A stretch of DNA of 64,000 bases from Candidatus Kapaibacterium sp. (GCA_044350705.1 JBILHA010000001.1:426676-490675); one strand, 5' to 3'; positions 9,133 to 18,564 are shown, numbered from the stretch's first letter. The notes: a model not told the origin generated them from the letters alone. Translations and numbers: made by a program.

Positions 9133-10595
9133 CGATCAACACTCCCCCCACTCCCTTTACTCCCCTCACTCCCCCTATGCCTCTCCTCGACGACCTGCTC
9201 AGGGAGTTTCCGGATCTTGCTCCCAAGAAAGACGAGCTTGCTCGTATTCTTTCCGCCATGGAGCGTTCTGGCCCTCCTCCTGCACTTGATAAAGCATTCG
9301 TTGACCAACTCCGTCGACAGCTGCTCACGATGCCCGAACCCGCCTCTCCCCTTCATTCATTCTTCTCTTCTATGCAACAGAAAACATTTGCACTTGCCGG
9401 TGCCGCAATCGCTATCGCCCTTCTCCTTCCCGCAGGATACGCCCTTTGGAAAATCAACGATGGCGGCAGTACGCTCGTCAGTAAAAATGCCGCGAAAATC
9501 ACCATGCTTGAATCTGGAGCATTCGGAAATCTTTCCGAAGCTACGTCATTTGGGAGTGCGGACGGTAAAGGCGGTAGTCCCATGATGGGATCTGCAGCAT
9601 CCTCTTCCGCACTGGTCGCTGAGGACAAGCGCATGGCAGAAGACGGCATGTTTATCGAACCGTTTCCGTACGAACCTACCATCTACACCTATACCTTTGA
9701 CGGGGACCTTGCATCGTACTTAGGAGATGCAACGGCTACCGTCTATGAACGCCAAGGATTTTCAGGATTCGACGGAACGGTGCTTGATGAAATCTCTTCT
9801 TTTTTCTCACCATTGAACCTGCGCTCTTTTCTGGGCGGTACGCTCACCTCCTTTGTCTTGAAGGCTGACAATCACTTCCTTTCTGTAGATACCACGGGAA
9901 ATATGTGGAGCATCTATAAAGACTGGATGTCGTACGGCATGATCGATAACTGGACTCCCCTTGCCGCATCTGACATTCCCGCCGATGATGCGATCATTTC
10001 TGCGGCACGGGACTTTGTGAACACGTGGGACATTCAACTCGATGGCTACGGCGATCCCCTCATTGCCGAGCCCGAGGTTTCCCTCGCACGTTCCGGTGAC
10101 ACGAGCGTCTATATTCCCGAGTCTGCGACCGTGGTCTTCCCCATGCTCATTGATGGACAGCAGGTTTACCCTTCCTGGAGCGCGGCGCCGACCGGCCTTC
10201 GTGTGAGTGTGAACCTCCGTGATCTTTCTGTAACCAATGCCTACGATGCACTCAATCAAAGCTACAACGCCTCTTCATATGCACTCACGCAGGATACCGC
10301 CCTCGTGAAGAAGCTCATTGCCGGCGGTGGGAGTGCGCCTATCACCTCGGTGGAAGGTATCGCATACGATGAGGTGACGGTTGCGCTCAACGCCCCTGAA
10401 CGCGTGCTCATGGAATACTCTCTCTACGAAAACGGCCAGTCACGCACGCTCTTTATTCCTGCCCTGCGCTTTACCATGCAAGATCCTGCTCAGATCCCAT
10501 GGACCAGCGGGGTTATTACCATCCCGCTCGTGAAAGATATCGCGGAAGCACAGGCAAGCGTGGATAACGGCGTGGTCATGCCGATGGTAAAATAG
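9105..10595 (+). CDS. Putative anti-sigma factor / membrane protein with a large extracytoplasmic domain
   Basis: 496 aa. Overlaps the ECF sigma gene by 28 nt. Cytoplasmic N-terminus, single TM (FALAGAAIAIALLLPAGYALW), large C-terminal domain. The N-terminus contains a TPPTPFTPLTPP repeat. Confidence 0.5.
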   Translation: MGMVDGSWLAINTPPTPFTPLTPPMPLLDDLLREFPDLAPKKDELARILSAMERSGPPPALDKAFVDQLRRQLLTMPEPASPLHSFFSSMQQKTFALAGAAIAIALLLPAGYALWKINDGGSTLVSKNAAKITMLESGAFGNLSEATSFGSADGKGGSPMMGSAASSSALVAEDKRMAEDGMFIEPFPYEPTIYTYTFDGDLASYLGDATATVYERQGFSGFDGTVLDEISSFFSPLNLRSFLGGTLTSFVLKADNHFLSVDTTGNMWSIYKDWMSYGMIDNWTPLAASDIPADDAIISAARDFVNTWDIQLDGYGDPLIAEPEVSLARSGDTSVYIPESATVVFPMLIDGQQVYPSWSAAPTGLRVSVNLRDLSVTNAYDALNQSYNASSYALTQDTALVKKLIAGGGSAPITSVEGIAYDEVTVALNAPERVLMEYSLYENGQSRTLFIPALRFTMQDPAQIPWTSGVITIPLVKDIAEAQASVDNGVVMPMVK

Positions 10596-10694
10596 TGGGT
10601 TGCGCGAAGAAGTTGTGATGCGTTAGTATTTTGGTACGTTTAGTTTCTGGCACTCAACCAACTAAACCATCTAATCCATCTAAACCCAACCTCT

Positions 10695-11225
10695 ATGATT
10701 ACTCACGTTCCTCAGGTTACCTTCAAAACACGCGTTCGTGATGAAAGCATTGGCGGCGAGAATCCTTTCCGCTGGCAAGATGTCACCACGGATGAAGTTT
10801 TCAAGGGAAAGAAAGTTGTCGTCTTCGCGCTCCCTGGCGCATTCACTCCTACCTGTTCTTCTACCCATCTTCCTGGCTACGAAGCTGCATACGACGAATT
10901 CAAGGCGCTCGGAATTGATGAGGTGTACTGCCTCTCGGTCAACGATGCGTTCGTCATGTACCAGTGGGGCCAAAAGCTTGGCGCAAAGAAAGTAAGGCTC
11001 CTTCCTGATGGAAATGCCGAATTTACTCGTGGCATGGAAATGCTCGTAAAGAAAAACAATCTCGGTTTCGGTGAGCGCTCATGGCGCTACAGCATGTTCG
11101 TTGAAGATGGAGAAATCAAGAAGCTTTTCAGCGAGCCAGGCTTCTCTGACGACTGTCCTACCGACCCGTTTGAAGTCAGCGATGCAGGAACCATGCTCGC
11201 ATACCTCAAGGGTTCACAGGCGTAA
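10695..11225 (+). CDS. Peroxiredoxin (Prx5-like, AhpC/TSA family)
   Basis: [19 protein letters not shown] peroxidatic-Cys motif. 176 aa. Confidence 0.9.
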   Translation: MITHVPQVTFKTRVRDESIGGENPFRWQDVTTDEVFKGKKVVVFALPGAFTPTCSSTHLPGYEAAYDEFKALGIDEVYCLSVNDAFVMYQWGQKLGAKKVRLLPDGNAEFTRGMEMLVKKNNLGFGERSWRYSMFVEDGEIKKLFSEPGFSDDCPTDPFEVSDAGTMLAYLKGSQA

Positions 11226-11237
11226 AAACATCAAAAA

Positions 11238-11268
11238 ACAACCGCATACACTGCGGTTGTTTTTTTAT
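11238..11268 (+). terminator. Rho-independent terminator (aaccgca-tacac-tgcggtt + T-run)
   Basis: Perfect 7-bp stem followed by TTTTTTTATTT immediately after the peroxiredoxin stop. Confidence 0.65.
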
Positions 11269-11308
11269 TTGTTTCAGTTATCATTTTGGCGCCACTCAAC
11301 CACGGGAG

Positions 11309-11722
11309 GTGGAGATGAGACTGCTCGAATCTCACATCGGGCACGCCCTCAGCGACATCATCGGCGAAGGATCGTCAGATGATGAGCAGCTGTTTGCTCG
11401 GCAACGGGCAACCCCTCATTCGCCCACCATCGTGTGGGCGGCAGAAGTGTGCGGAAAGCGCCTCTTTCTCGCCAAGGAAGGGGTTCGGCTCCGTCTCATC
11501 GTCGTCATCAACTTCCTCAACCGGCCTGAGTACGAAGGCGTGCAGGCGGTCGCCGATGCGCTCCTCAAGGAGGGCATCATGGAGACCAGCGCCGCCATCG
11601 CGCACGCTTCCCTGCCGCCAGAGGTCCGGGAGCAGATCCGCATCATGCGGGTTGCGCAGTCGACGGATCTGGCCCTCACCCCAGGGATGAGGGAGGGGCA
11701 TCAGCTCCGTTTCAACTGGTAG
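11309..11722 (+). CDS. Hypothetical protein encoded in a GC-rich islet
   Basis: 137 aa. Strong RBS GGGAGGTGGAG 5 nt upstream of the ATG. Third codon positions are visibly GC-enriched relative to neighbours. Terminators on both flanks. Confidence 0.4.
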   Translation: MEMRLLESHIGHALSDIIGEGSSDDEQLFARQRATPHSPTIVWAAEVCGKRLFLAKEGVRLRLIVVINFLNRPEYEGVQAVADALLKEGIMETSAAIAHASLPPEVREQIRIMRVAQSTDLALTPGMREGHQLRFNW

Positions 11723-11750
11723 GCAGCATCCCGTTCGTCTTACTTCAAAG

Positions 11751-11786
11751 GGCGCCAGGACCACTCGGGTCCAGGCGCCCTTCGCG
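11751..11786. terminator. GC-rich hairpin (gggcgccaggacc-actcgg-gtccaggcgccc), probably a bidirectional terminator
   Basis: Near-perfect 13-bp inverted repeat between convergent genes (the 11309 ORF and murJ). Confidence 0.45.
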
Positions 11787-11801
11787 CATTTTAGAGGAAT
11801 A

Positions 11802-13424
11802 TTATGCACTTGTACTACTGTCGATCGCAGGAACTTCTTTTGGCGTTGCGGCACGAAGCATCTTTGCGCGGACGCTTGTAATCATCGCCATGCACTCTTC
11901 GTTTTTCATGAGCACCGACATTCCGACGTACACCAGTCCACCCACGGCACTCGCACCGAGCACTTGAATCAGCACGCCCGTAAACGTGGTGAGCGGAAAC
12001 ATGCTTGCCAACATATATTTTGCCGTCTGTACCCCTACCGCCATTCCCATGGCTGCTGCGCTCGTTTTCATGAGCGATTTTACGAGTGCTCGTCCCCCTA
12101 GATGTCCCGCCTGTACCCGCAAAAGCGCCCACAAGAGCGCACACTGGAGGATTGCAGAGATACTAAACGCTCCCACAAGGCCAATGAGTCCTGCCTGCGG
12201 CGTGAGGATAAGTGCAAGCACGACATTACACGCTGCGCCAAGCAGGGCTGCAAGCACCGGGGCTGCGGTCTTTTCCATGGCAAAAAATCCCCGCACAAGC
12301 ACGTAAATAAGTCCTTGCGCACAGAAACTGAGCGCAAATACCGCTAGTGCATCTGCGGTGAGAACGGTTGCCTCCCACGAGAAATTTTGCGCCCCGAGTA
12401 CCAAGCGGACAATTTGCGCGCGGAGGAGCAGGAATACCACGGTTGCGGGAATCATGAGGAACATCAGCTGACGAACCGTGCCGCTAAACACTTCTTTAAA
12501 GCTCCGTGTCGCTTCTCCGGGCGTACGTACCGCATCACACAACGCGGGAAATGCTGCGATCGCATAGGAAACGGCGATAATCCCGATAGGAAAATAGTTG
12601 AGGTTGTAAGCAAACTGGAGCATGGTGACCGATCCCTCAGTAAGCGTTGAAGCGAGCGTGGTCATGAACAGAAAATTGAGTTGTGCGACCGCAAGGCTGA
12701 GCGTGCGCGGCCCCATGTGGAGAAACGTGTTGCGAACATCGCTCTCGAGCGTGACGACAGGACGAGGTGCATAGCCAAGGGCATAGACCCCTACCGATTG
12801 CAGCATGGCATGCATTGCGGCACCGAGGACCGTTCCCCAGGCAATTCCCCACGGCCCCATGATCGGCACCAAAAAAATGGCTCCTAAAATAATGCCAACG
12901 TTATAAACAATAGGCGCAAGTGAGTAGATGAAAAACCTTCGCGTTGCTTGGAGCACCGATCCAAATACCATGCTCACCGCAAAAAAGCATTGCGAGACGA
13001 GAATGACCCGGAGCATGTCCGCGGTAAGTATTTGTTTCCCTTCAGAAAATCCCCAACCAACCACCGACGCAATCCATGGCGCAAAGATCGCACAGAACAC
13101 TGAAACAACAAAAAAAGCTCCTCCCGCGAACGTCAGCATGGCATTCGTGTACCGCCACGCCTTTTCTTGGCTCTTCTCCCAATACTTCAGGAAAATCGGA
13201 ATGAAGCTTGCGGAAAGCGTCCCCATGATCAAGAGCTGAAACAGAATATCGGGAACGCGAAATGCCGCGTAATACGCATCAAGGGTATCCCCTACTCCTA
13301 CCGCCTGTACCAATACTCTGTCTCGAACTAATCCGAGAAAACGGGAGACAACCGAAAAAAAGCCTACCAGCACCGCGGCACTGGCAACGGAAGTTGTCGT
13401 AGCGGTGATGAGGCGTTTCATCAT
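11802..13424 (-). CDS. murJ: Lipid II flippase MurJ (MviN)
   Basis: MKRLITATTTSVASAAVLVGFFSVVSRFLGLVRDRVLVQAVGVG...LDAYYAAFRVPDILFQLL is a canonical MurJ N-terminus, followed by a ~14-TM body. The likely start is ATGATG at ~13419-13424, overlapping the upstream stop by 4 nt. Confidence 0.9.
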   Translation of the reverse strand: MMKRLITATTTSVASAAVLVGFFSVVSRFLGLVRDRVLVQAVGVGDTLDAYYAAFRVPDILFQLLIMGTLSASFIPIFLKYWEKSQEKAWRYTNAMLTFAGGAFFVVSVFCAIFAPWIASVVGWGFSEGKQILTADMLRVILVSQCFFAVSMVFGSVLQATRRFFIYSLAPIVYNVGIILGAIFLVPIMGPWGIAWGTVLGAAMHAMLQSVGVYALGYAPRPVVTLESDVRNTFLHMGPRTLSLAVAQLNFLFMTTLASTLTEGSVTMLQFAYNLNYFPIGIIAVSYAIAAFPALCDAVRTPGEATRSFKEVFSGTVRQLMFLMIPATVVFLLLRAQIVRLVLGAQNFSWEATVLTADALAVFALSFCAQGLIYVLVRGFFAMEKTAAPVLAALLGAACNVVLALILTPQAGLIGLVGAFSISAILQCALLWALLRVQAGHLGGRALVKSLMKTSAAAMGMAVGVQTAKYMLASMFPLTTFTGVLIQVLGASAVGGLVYVGMSVLMKNEECMAMITSVRAKMLRAATPKEVPAIDSSTSA

Positions 13425-14566
13425 ACTTCTTCTCGCTCTTCTTCTTTTGACTCCTTTAATCGTACCAGAAACCAAATCAGTCCCAATAAAATGAAGAAGA
13501 GCGCCGCAAGGGTTGCCTGGATCCAAGGATTATGGAGATGGAAAAACGAGATATCAAATACCTGTGCATCGCTGACCATCGTTCCCGCTTCATCAATGAC
13601 CGCAAGCGTTACGGTGTATTGCCCCGCATCAGGAAATGCATGGACGAGCGTGGACTGTACCGAAGTTGCTCCATCACCAAAATCCCATGCGTACGTTACC
13701 TCCCCCTGTCCCACACTTGGCAGTGCGGTAAATTCATACGTTCTCCAGTCTATCCTGCGATAGGAGAACTGTGCATACGGCGAGATACTGAGTGTCCCAA
13801 ATCCAAAGATGCCCGGGCTTCCCTGCGGAGGCGCGGGGAGCTGCGTATCAGTAACGACGGTTTCCTCTCGCGCAACCGGCTGCTCGTCGTTCACTGGCTC
13901 AGGAGTTTGCTGCACTGCTGCCGGTTCTGGCTCGATCGCTTGCGCAGGCTGAGTCACTTCTTCTTTCACTTCTTCTTGTGCGATGGGTCGCGTGGTTCGT
14001 GTATCGTCATCAGGATAGGCATCTCGGTCATTTGTTACCCCATCTCCATCACGGTCATCATCACAGACATCCCCTCTCCCATCGTTATCACGATCTTGCT
14101 GGTCAGCATTCTGCGTTTCGGGACAATTATCTTCCTCATCGATGACCCCGTCTTGATCGCTGTCGCTGACACTCGTGAACAATCCCGTAATCGCTTCATC
14201 ATTTGCGGCATTGGTATCTTCAGGCGTTTGTCCTTGAATGACCGCGCGAATATTGAACGTTCCCTTGGGAACCATGTAATCAACGTAAACATCATCGCTT
14301 CCTCCTCCCGCGAGCACCGATACCGTCTGCGATCCACCGATTAATACCGCTCCCTGATAAAAGACCACTTTTGCGGCAATATCCGTTTCGCTATAGTTTT
14401 TCACCGTTGCGTAGAGACGCACGGTCTCACCCGCATACAGCACCTCTTCCGAGAAACGGATGTTCCCCGCGGAAATACTCAAATCAGCCGTTGCGGCAAA
14501 GAGCATGCGCGGCATGCACATGACTCCTGCTCCCACGACGATAGCGAATTTCTTTCCAAACTTCAT
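13421..14566 (-). CDS. Secreted or membrane-anchored protein with CARDB-like, thrombospondin type-3 (DxDxDGxxD calcium-binding) and PKD domains
   Basis: Signal peptide. DNCPETQNADQQDRDNDGRGDVCDDDRDGDGVTNDRD is a TSP3 repeat. VTYAWDFGDGATS...YTVTLAVIDEAG is a PKD motif. C-terminal TM helix plus a charged tail. Confidence 0.7.
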   Translation of the reverse strand: MKFGKKFAIVVGAGVMCMPRMLFAATADLSISAGNIRFSEEVLYAGETVRLYATVKNYSETDIAAKVVFYQGAVLIGGSQTVSVLAGGGSDDVYVDYMVPKGTFNIRAVIQGQTPEDTNAANDEAITGLFTSVSDSDQDGVIDEEDNCPETQNADQQDRDNDGRGDVCDDDRDGDGVTNDRDAYPDDDTRTTRPIAQEEVKEEVTQPAQAIEPEPAAVQQTPEPVNDEQPVAREETVVTDTQLPAPPQGSPGIFGFGTLSISPYAQFSYRRIDWRTYEFTALPSVGQGEVTYAWDFGDGATSVQSTLVHAFPDAGQYTVTLAVIDEAGTMVSDAQVFDISFFHLHNPWIQATLAALFFILLGLIWFLVRLKESKEEEREEV

Positions 14567-15162
14567 ACAAATACTGAGGACGTTTTTTCAAGTGAAGCGT
14601 ATGTGGGTCCCGCGATCCAATGTTCTCGGGCGATATCTGCATGGATGTGCAGACGCAGCGTGTACGAAGGGTGCACACGCACCACCACTCCTTCAAGCAT
14701 CCGAGGGACATCAAGATGGAGCTCTACACTCACTTCTTGTCCATGGGACAAGCGTAACACACTCGCTTCATCGGGGGAGCAGTGCAGATGGGGACGAGGA
14801 ATGATCACTGCGGCTTTTCGTTGCAGTTTGCCGTTGAGGCCTATCAGGGTGCATTCTCCAGCTTCGGCCAATTCTCCTGATCGGGCAACCGGCGCTTCAA
14901 TCCCGAGGTATTTCGCTTCCGTAGGCGTGAGCTCTACTTGCGTTTCTTTCCGCTCAGGACCCACATACCGGACGACAACCGCACGCTTTAAGAGCTTTCC
15001 TCGTACTTCTACGCTCATATCGCTCGCGTGCTGTCCTTGCTGGGAAAGGCGGTGCGCAACCGTACTTGTCTGGTCACCAAAAAGCACCGCATAGTCTGCG
15101 GTACTTAAATGGATGTGCGAGGGAATAACTTCAATCGGAATGGCGTGCACATGTTCTATCAA
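14563..15162 (-). CDS. pduL: Phosphate propanoyl/acetyl-transferase PduL family (phosphotransacylase)
   Basis: Two PduL half-domains with IPIEVIPSHIHLSTADYAVLFG and IIPRPHLHCSPDEASVLRLSHGQEVSVEL. These align with Salmonella PduL IPLGVSNRHIHLS... and QRHIHMSPLDALILRVSHGDMVSV. Confidence 0.8.
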   Translation of the reverse strand: MIEHVHAIPIEVIPSHIHLSTADYAVLFGDQTSTVAHRLSQQGQHASDMSVEVRGKLLKRAVVVRYVGPERKETQVELTPTEAKYLGIEAPVARSGELAEAGECTLIGLNGKLQRKAAVIIPRPHLHCSPDEASVLRLSHGQEVSVELHLDVPRMLEGVVVRVHPSYTLRLHIHADIAREHWIAGPTYASLEKTSSVFV

Positions 15163-15168
15163 ACGAGA

Positions 15169-18100
15169 TTATCCTCCCAATTCGCTGCGTTTCATCATGT
15201 CGTTTTGTGGCTCTGTCACATCGCCTGCATCATCAATCACTTCTCCTTGGCCGAGATTCATGAAGATGCTTTCAACGATATCGAGCACGTATTCTCCCCA
15301 TGACGCTCCATAGATCACGCGCGCAACGGATTCTGACGCAATCCACCGGAGACGCACGATGCCGTCTCGATTCTCCAAGGCATATACTTCAGGCTGGGTT
15401 TGCAATTTCACGAGTACCGTTCCTGCCTTTGGCGGTACCAACGTTCCTTCTGGGTATGCGGCGAGCAAGCCATCAGCTACGACTTGTACATCGTCAAATG
15501 ACGAAAGATACGTGAAGAAAATTTGCTCATTGAGGAACGGGCGCTTCGTACCAAGCGTATCAAGATAGAACACCCCTCGTTCGGACTGTTCGCGCACAAT
15601 CATGCCCGGCTCCAGCTCGGCTCGTGTCGTGATCACGTCATCGCTCTTCTTTTCTACCATTTCTTCTATCGCCTGTTCCTGATCACCTTCTTCGTCTTGC
15701 TGCTCATCCTCTCCTTCACCTTCCTCTGCGCCATCTTGCACTTCCTGTTCGTCATTTTCCGTTGCAATACTCAGCGCTTCGGAAAGATCGCTCGCGAGAA
15801 CGCTGGCCAGGTCGGTCGCTTCCGCCTTAATGATGACCGCGTCTGCCTGTTCTTCAGGCGCACTCCAGCGATATTCACCGTCGTTTGGCGTATTTTGCGC
15901 AATCGTTTTCCAGAAGGTTCCCGCGTCTATGCTGTAAGAAAGCGTCACAAAACCTGGCGTTGTCGTGCTGCCTTGCGTGGTCCAGGTAATCGGAATGATT
16001 TCTCCCGCGGTGAATGATCCTCCCAGAGGCGCGGTAATGCTCATGGCATAGACTTGCGGCGTTTGCGTTCCCCCTCCGCTGTCATCACCTCCCGTTATTA
16101 CCGTTCCCGCTACAGCCGTTGCTTCATCGTGGAGCACATCAGCCGCCGTGGTCGTTTGAATGGCGTAAGTTCCGGTGGTTCCCCGCGTGGTGGGATTGGT
16201 GATCCCTGAAACCGTACACACCTGTGCTCCCGGTACCTCAGATGATCCGCCGCTTCGCGTCAGGGTGACGGTTTGTCCGCTCACACTGGTTGCAAATGCA
16301 CCATCCATGGTGGAACACGTGCCGCTTGTTGCTCCGGATACCGTGAATCCGGAAGGGAATGTTACTTTGATTTTTCCATTGTTCGCGATGCTGTTTTGCG
16401 TGGTAAACGCGATCGTGACGAGCGTGCTTACCCGGGGACGCACCAGTGACGGCGTTACCGCAGGAGAGGTCAGCGTTGCCGCAACAAGGGTATCGGCGCT
16501 CACGGCAAGTTCGCTGTCGATCATGCTGTCTGCGCTGGTAAACGTTGCCAAGGAATACGTTCCTGTCGTTCCCGCAGTGGAAGGATTTTTAATGCCGCTC
16601 ACCGTACAGGTTTCCGCGCTTCCTCCCGCCTGCAACGACCCGTCGTTTTGACGTGTAATCGTTACCCGTTGTCCGGAGATACTCGTCACAAACGTACCGT
16701 CCATCGATGAACAGGTTCCGCCCGTTGCACCCGTGATGTCGAATCCTGCAGGAAATTCTATGGCGATTTTTCCGTTTGCAGGAATGGCGTTTTGTGTGGT
16801 GAATGATGCGGTCACCGCGCCCGTTGCTCCTGCCGCAAGCGATGCTGGCTGCACGTTGGTACTTGCGAGTGCACCCGTTGCACTCGTGATGGTATCTGCC
16901 GATACCGCACTATCATTATCGATCGTCTGACTTGCTCCCGTGAGCGTTGTGATTGTGTATGTTCCGGTCGATCCTGCACTTCCCGGGTTGGTGATGCTGT
17001 TGATGGTACACGTTTGCGGACCCGGCGCCTCAGGACTTCCTGCGCCATTTCTTGTAATGGTAACCTCTTGTCCGCTCACCGACGTGGTAAACCCTCCATC
17101 CATGGATGAACAGGTTGCGCCGGATGCTCCGGAAACGTTAAATCCTGCTGGAAATGTTACGCGGACGCGGCCGTTATTAGGCAAGCTGTTGATGGTGGTA
17201 AACGTTACCGTCACGGTTCCGTTTGCGCTTGCGACAAGCGACGTAGGTTCAACGTTCGTGCTCGTGAGCGTTGACGCGACAATCGTGTCTGCGGTAACCC
17301 CTGTATCGGTGTCGATGACACTATCGGTACTCGTCAGCGTTGCCAACGAATAGGTGCCGGTCGAGCTAGCGGTAGTTGGATTTTGAATGCCGCTCACCGT
17401 ACAGGTTTCCGCGCTTCCTCCCGCCTGCAACGACCCGTCGTTTTGACGTGTAATCGTTACCCGTTGTCCGGAGATACTCGTGACAAACGTACCGTCCATC
17501 GATGAACAGGTTCCGCCTGTTGCACCGGTAACCACGAAGCCGGAAGGAAATTGTACGGCGATTTTTCCGTTTGCGGGAATGTTATTCGTTGTGGTAAACG
17601 ACAAGGTGACCACGCTTGTTGCTCCCGTATTCAATGAGGCCGGCTGCACGTTGGTGCTCGTGAGTGTTGGCGTTGCGGCGGTGATCGTATCAGCCGATAC
17701 CGTCGCGGTATCAATGAGCTGTCCCGAGCTATTTGTTGATTGTAAGGAATATGTTCCGGTCGATCCCGCGCTTCCTGGGTTGGTAATACCGTTCATGGTA
17801 CACGTTTGCGCGCCTGCCGGTTCACTTGTTCCGGCACTATTTCTTGCAATAGTAACTTCCTGTCCGGTCACCGATGTGGTAAATCCTCCATCCATGGATG
17901 AACAGGTACCGCCCGATGCGCCGGAAACGTTAAATCCTCCTGGGAATGTCACGCGGATACGGCCGTTGTTTGGAATAGCGTTCACCGTGGTAAACGTTAC
18001 GGTCACCGTATTGGTCGTTCCTGCGACGAGCGATGCCGGCTCGACGTTGGTACTCGTCATGAGTGCCGCAACAATACTGTCTGCGGCTACCGAGGGATCG

Positions 18101-18564
18101 ATGTCGATCTGGACATCAGCGGCGTTCGTCGTTTCAATGGTGTACGTTCCGGCCGAACCTGCAACCGCCGGGTTTTGAATGCCGTTGATCGTACACGTTT
18201 CGCTTCCGCTACTTTGCGAGGTTCCATCGTTTTGACGGGTGAGCGTCACCGTTTGGCCGGAAACGCTCGTCACAAACGTCCCATCCATGGTTGCGCACGT
18301 TCCGCCCGATGCGCCGGAAACGTTAAATCCGGAAGGATAGGTGACCTTAATCTTTCCATCAGCAGGAATCGCGCCCACCGTAGTAAAAGAAATGGTGTTC
18401 TGACTCGTTCTTCCTGTTTCCATGTTCATAGGCTGGACGTTGGTTGACGTCAGCCCCGCGCCCTTCACGACTGCAGCAATGCTGAGTGAGCCTGCAAGAA
18501 TGAAGGCGCTCAGGACGAGCAGAGATTTTCCGTATTTTTTCGGGGTGTGGAGTGTGCGTTTCAT
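15169..18564 (-). CDS. Large tandem-repeat cell-surface protein (about 8 repeats of ~100 aa) with an acidic C-terminal domain
   Basis: Signal peptide MKRTLHTPKKYGKSLLVLSAFILAGSLSIAAVV (the ORF track extends to 18672 but the likely start is 18564). Repeat unit: LTSTNV(E/Q)PASL..TVTFTT.N.IP.NG(K/R)I.V.FP.GF.V.GA.GGTC..MDG.F.TS.SGQ.VTI.R. Confidence 0.75.
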   Translation of the reverse strand: MKRTLHTPKKYGKSLLVLSAFILAGSLSIAAVVKGAGLTSTNVQPMNMETGRTSQNTISFTTVGAIPADGKIKVTYPSGFNVSGASGGTCATMDGTFVTSVSGQTVTLTRQNDGTSQSSGSETCTINGIQNPAVAGSAGTYTIETTNAADVQIDIDPSVAADSIVAALMTSTNVEPASLVAGTTNTVTVTFTTVNAIPNNGRIRVTFPGGFNVSGASGGTCSSMDGGFTTSVTGQEVTIARNSAGTSEPAGAQTCTMNGITNPGSAGSTGTYSLQSTNSSGQLIDTATVSADTITAATPTLTSTNVQPASLNTGATSVVTLSFTTTNNIPANGKIAVQFPSGFVVTGATGGTCSSMDGTFVTSISGQRVTITRQNDGSLQAGGSAETCTVSGIQNPTTASSTGTYSLATLTSTDSVIDTDTGVTADTIVASTLTSTNVEPTSLVASANGTVTVTFTTINSLPNNGRVRVTFPAGFNVSGASGATCSSMDGGFTTSVSGQEVTITRNGAGSPEAPGPQTCTINSITNPGSAGSTGTYTITTLTGASQTIDNDSAVSADTITSATGALASTNVQPASLAAGATGAVTASFTTQNAIPANGKIAIEFPAGFDITGATGGTCSSMDGTFVTSISGQRVTITRQNDGSLQAGGSAETCTVSGIKNPSTAGTTGTYSLATFTSADSMIDSELAVSADTLVAATLTSPAVTPSLVRPRVSTLVTIAFTTQNSIANNGKIKVTFPSGFTVSGATSGTCSTMDGAFATSVSGQTVTLTRSGGSSEVPGAQVCTVSGITNPTTRGTTGTYAIQTTTAADVLHDEATAVAGTVITGGDDSGGGTQTPQVYAMSITAPLGGSFTAGEIIPITWTTQGSTTTPGFVTLSYSIDAGTFWKTIAQNTPNDGEYRWSAPEEQADAVIIKAEATDLASVLASDLSEALSIATENDEQEVQDGAEEGEGEDEQQDEEGDQEQAIEEMVEKKSDDVITTRAELEPGMIVREQSERGVFYLDTLGTKRPFLNEQIFFTYLSSFDDVQVVADGLLAAYPEGTLVPPKAGTVLVKLQTQPEVYALENRDGIVRLRWIASESVARVIYGASWGEYVLDIVESIFMNLGQGEVIDDAGDVTEPQNDMMKRSELGG
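15900..18400. repeat. Intragenic tandem repeats of ~300 bp, including a ~150-bp near-identical pair at about 16590-16740 and 17385-17535
   Basis: Direct reading shows ...accgtacaggtttccgcgcttcctcccgcctgcaacgacccgtcgttttgacgtgtaatcgttacccgttgtccggagatactcgt... at both loci. Confidence 0.7.

Noticed and set aside
11375-11854. 159-aa minus-strand ORF antisense to the GC-rich 11309..11722 gene
   Set aside because: It lacks an RBS and runs through the terminator hairpin, whereas the plus-strand ORF has a strong SD and is bracketed by terminators. Retained only as an uncertainty in the confidence of that gene call.
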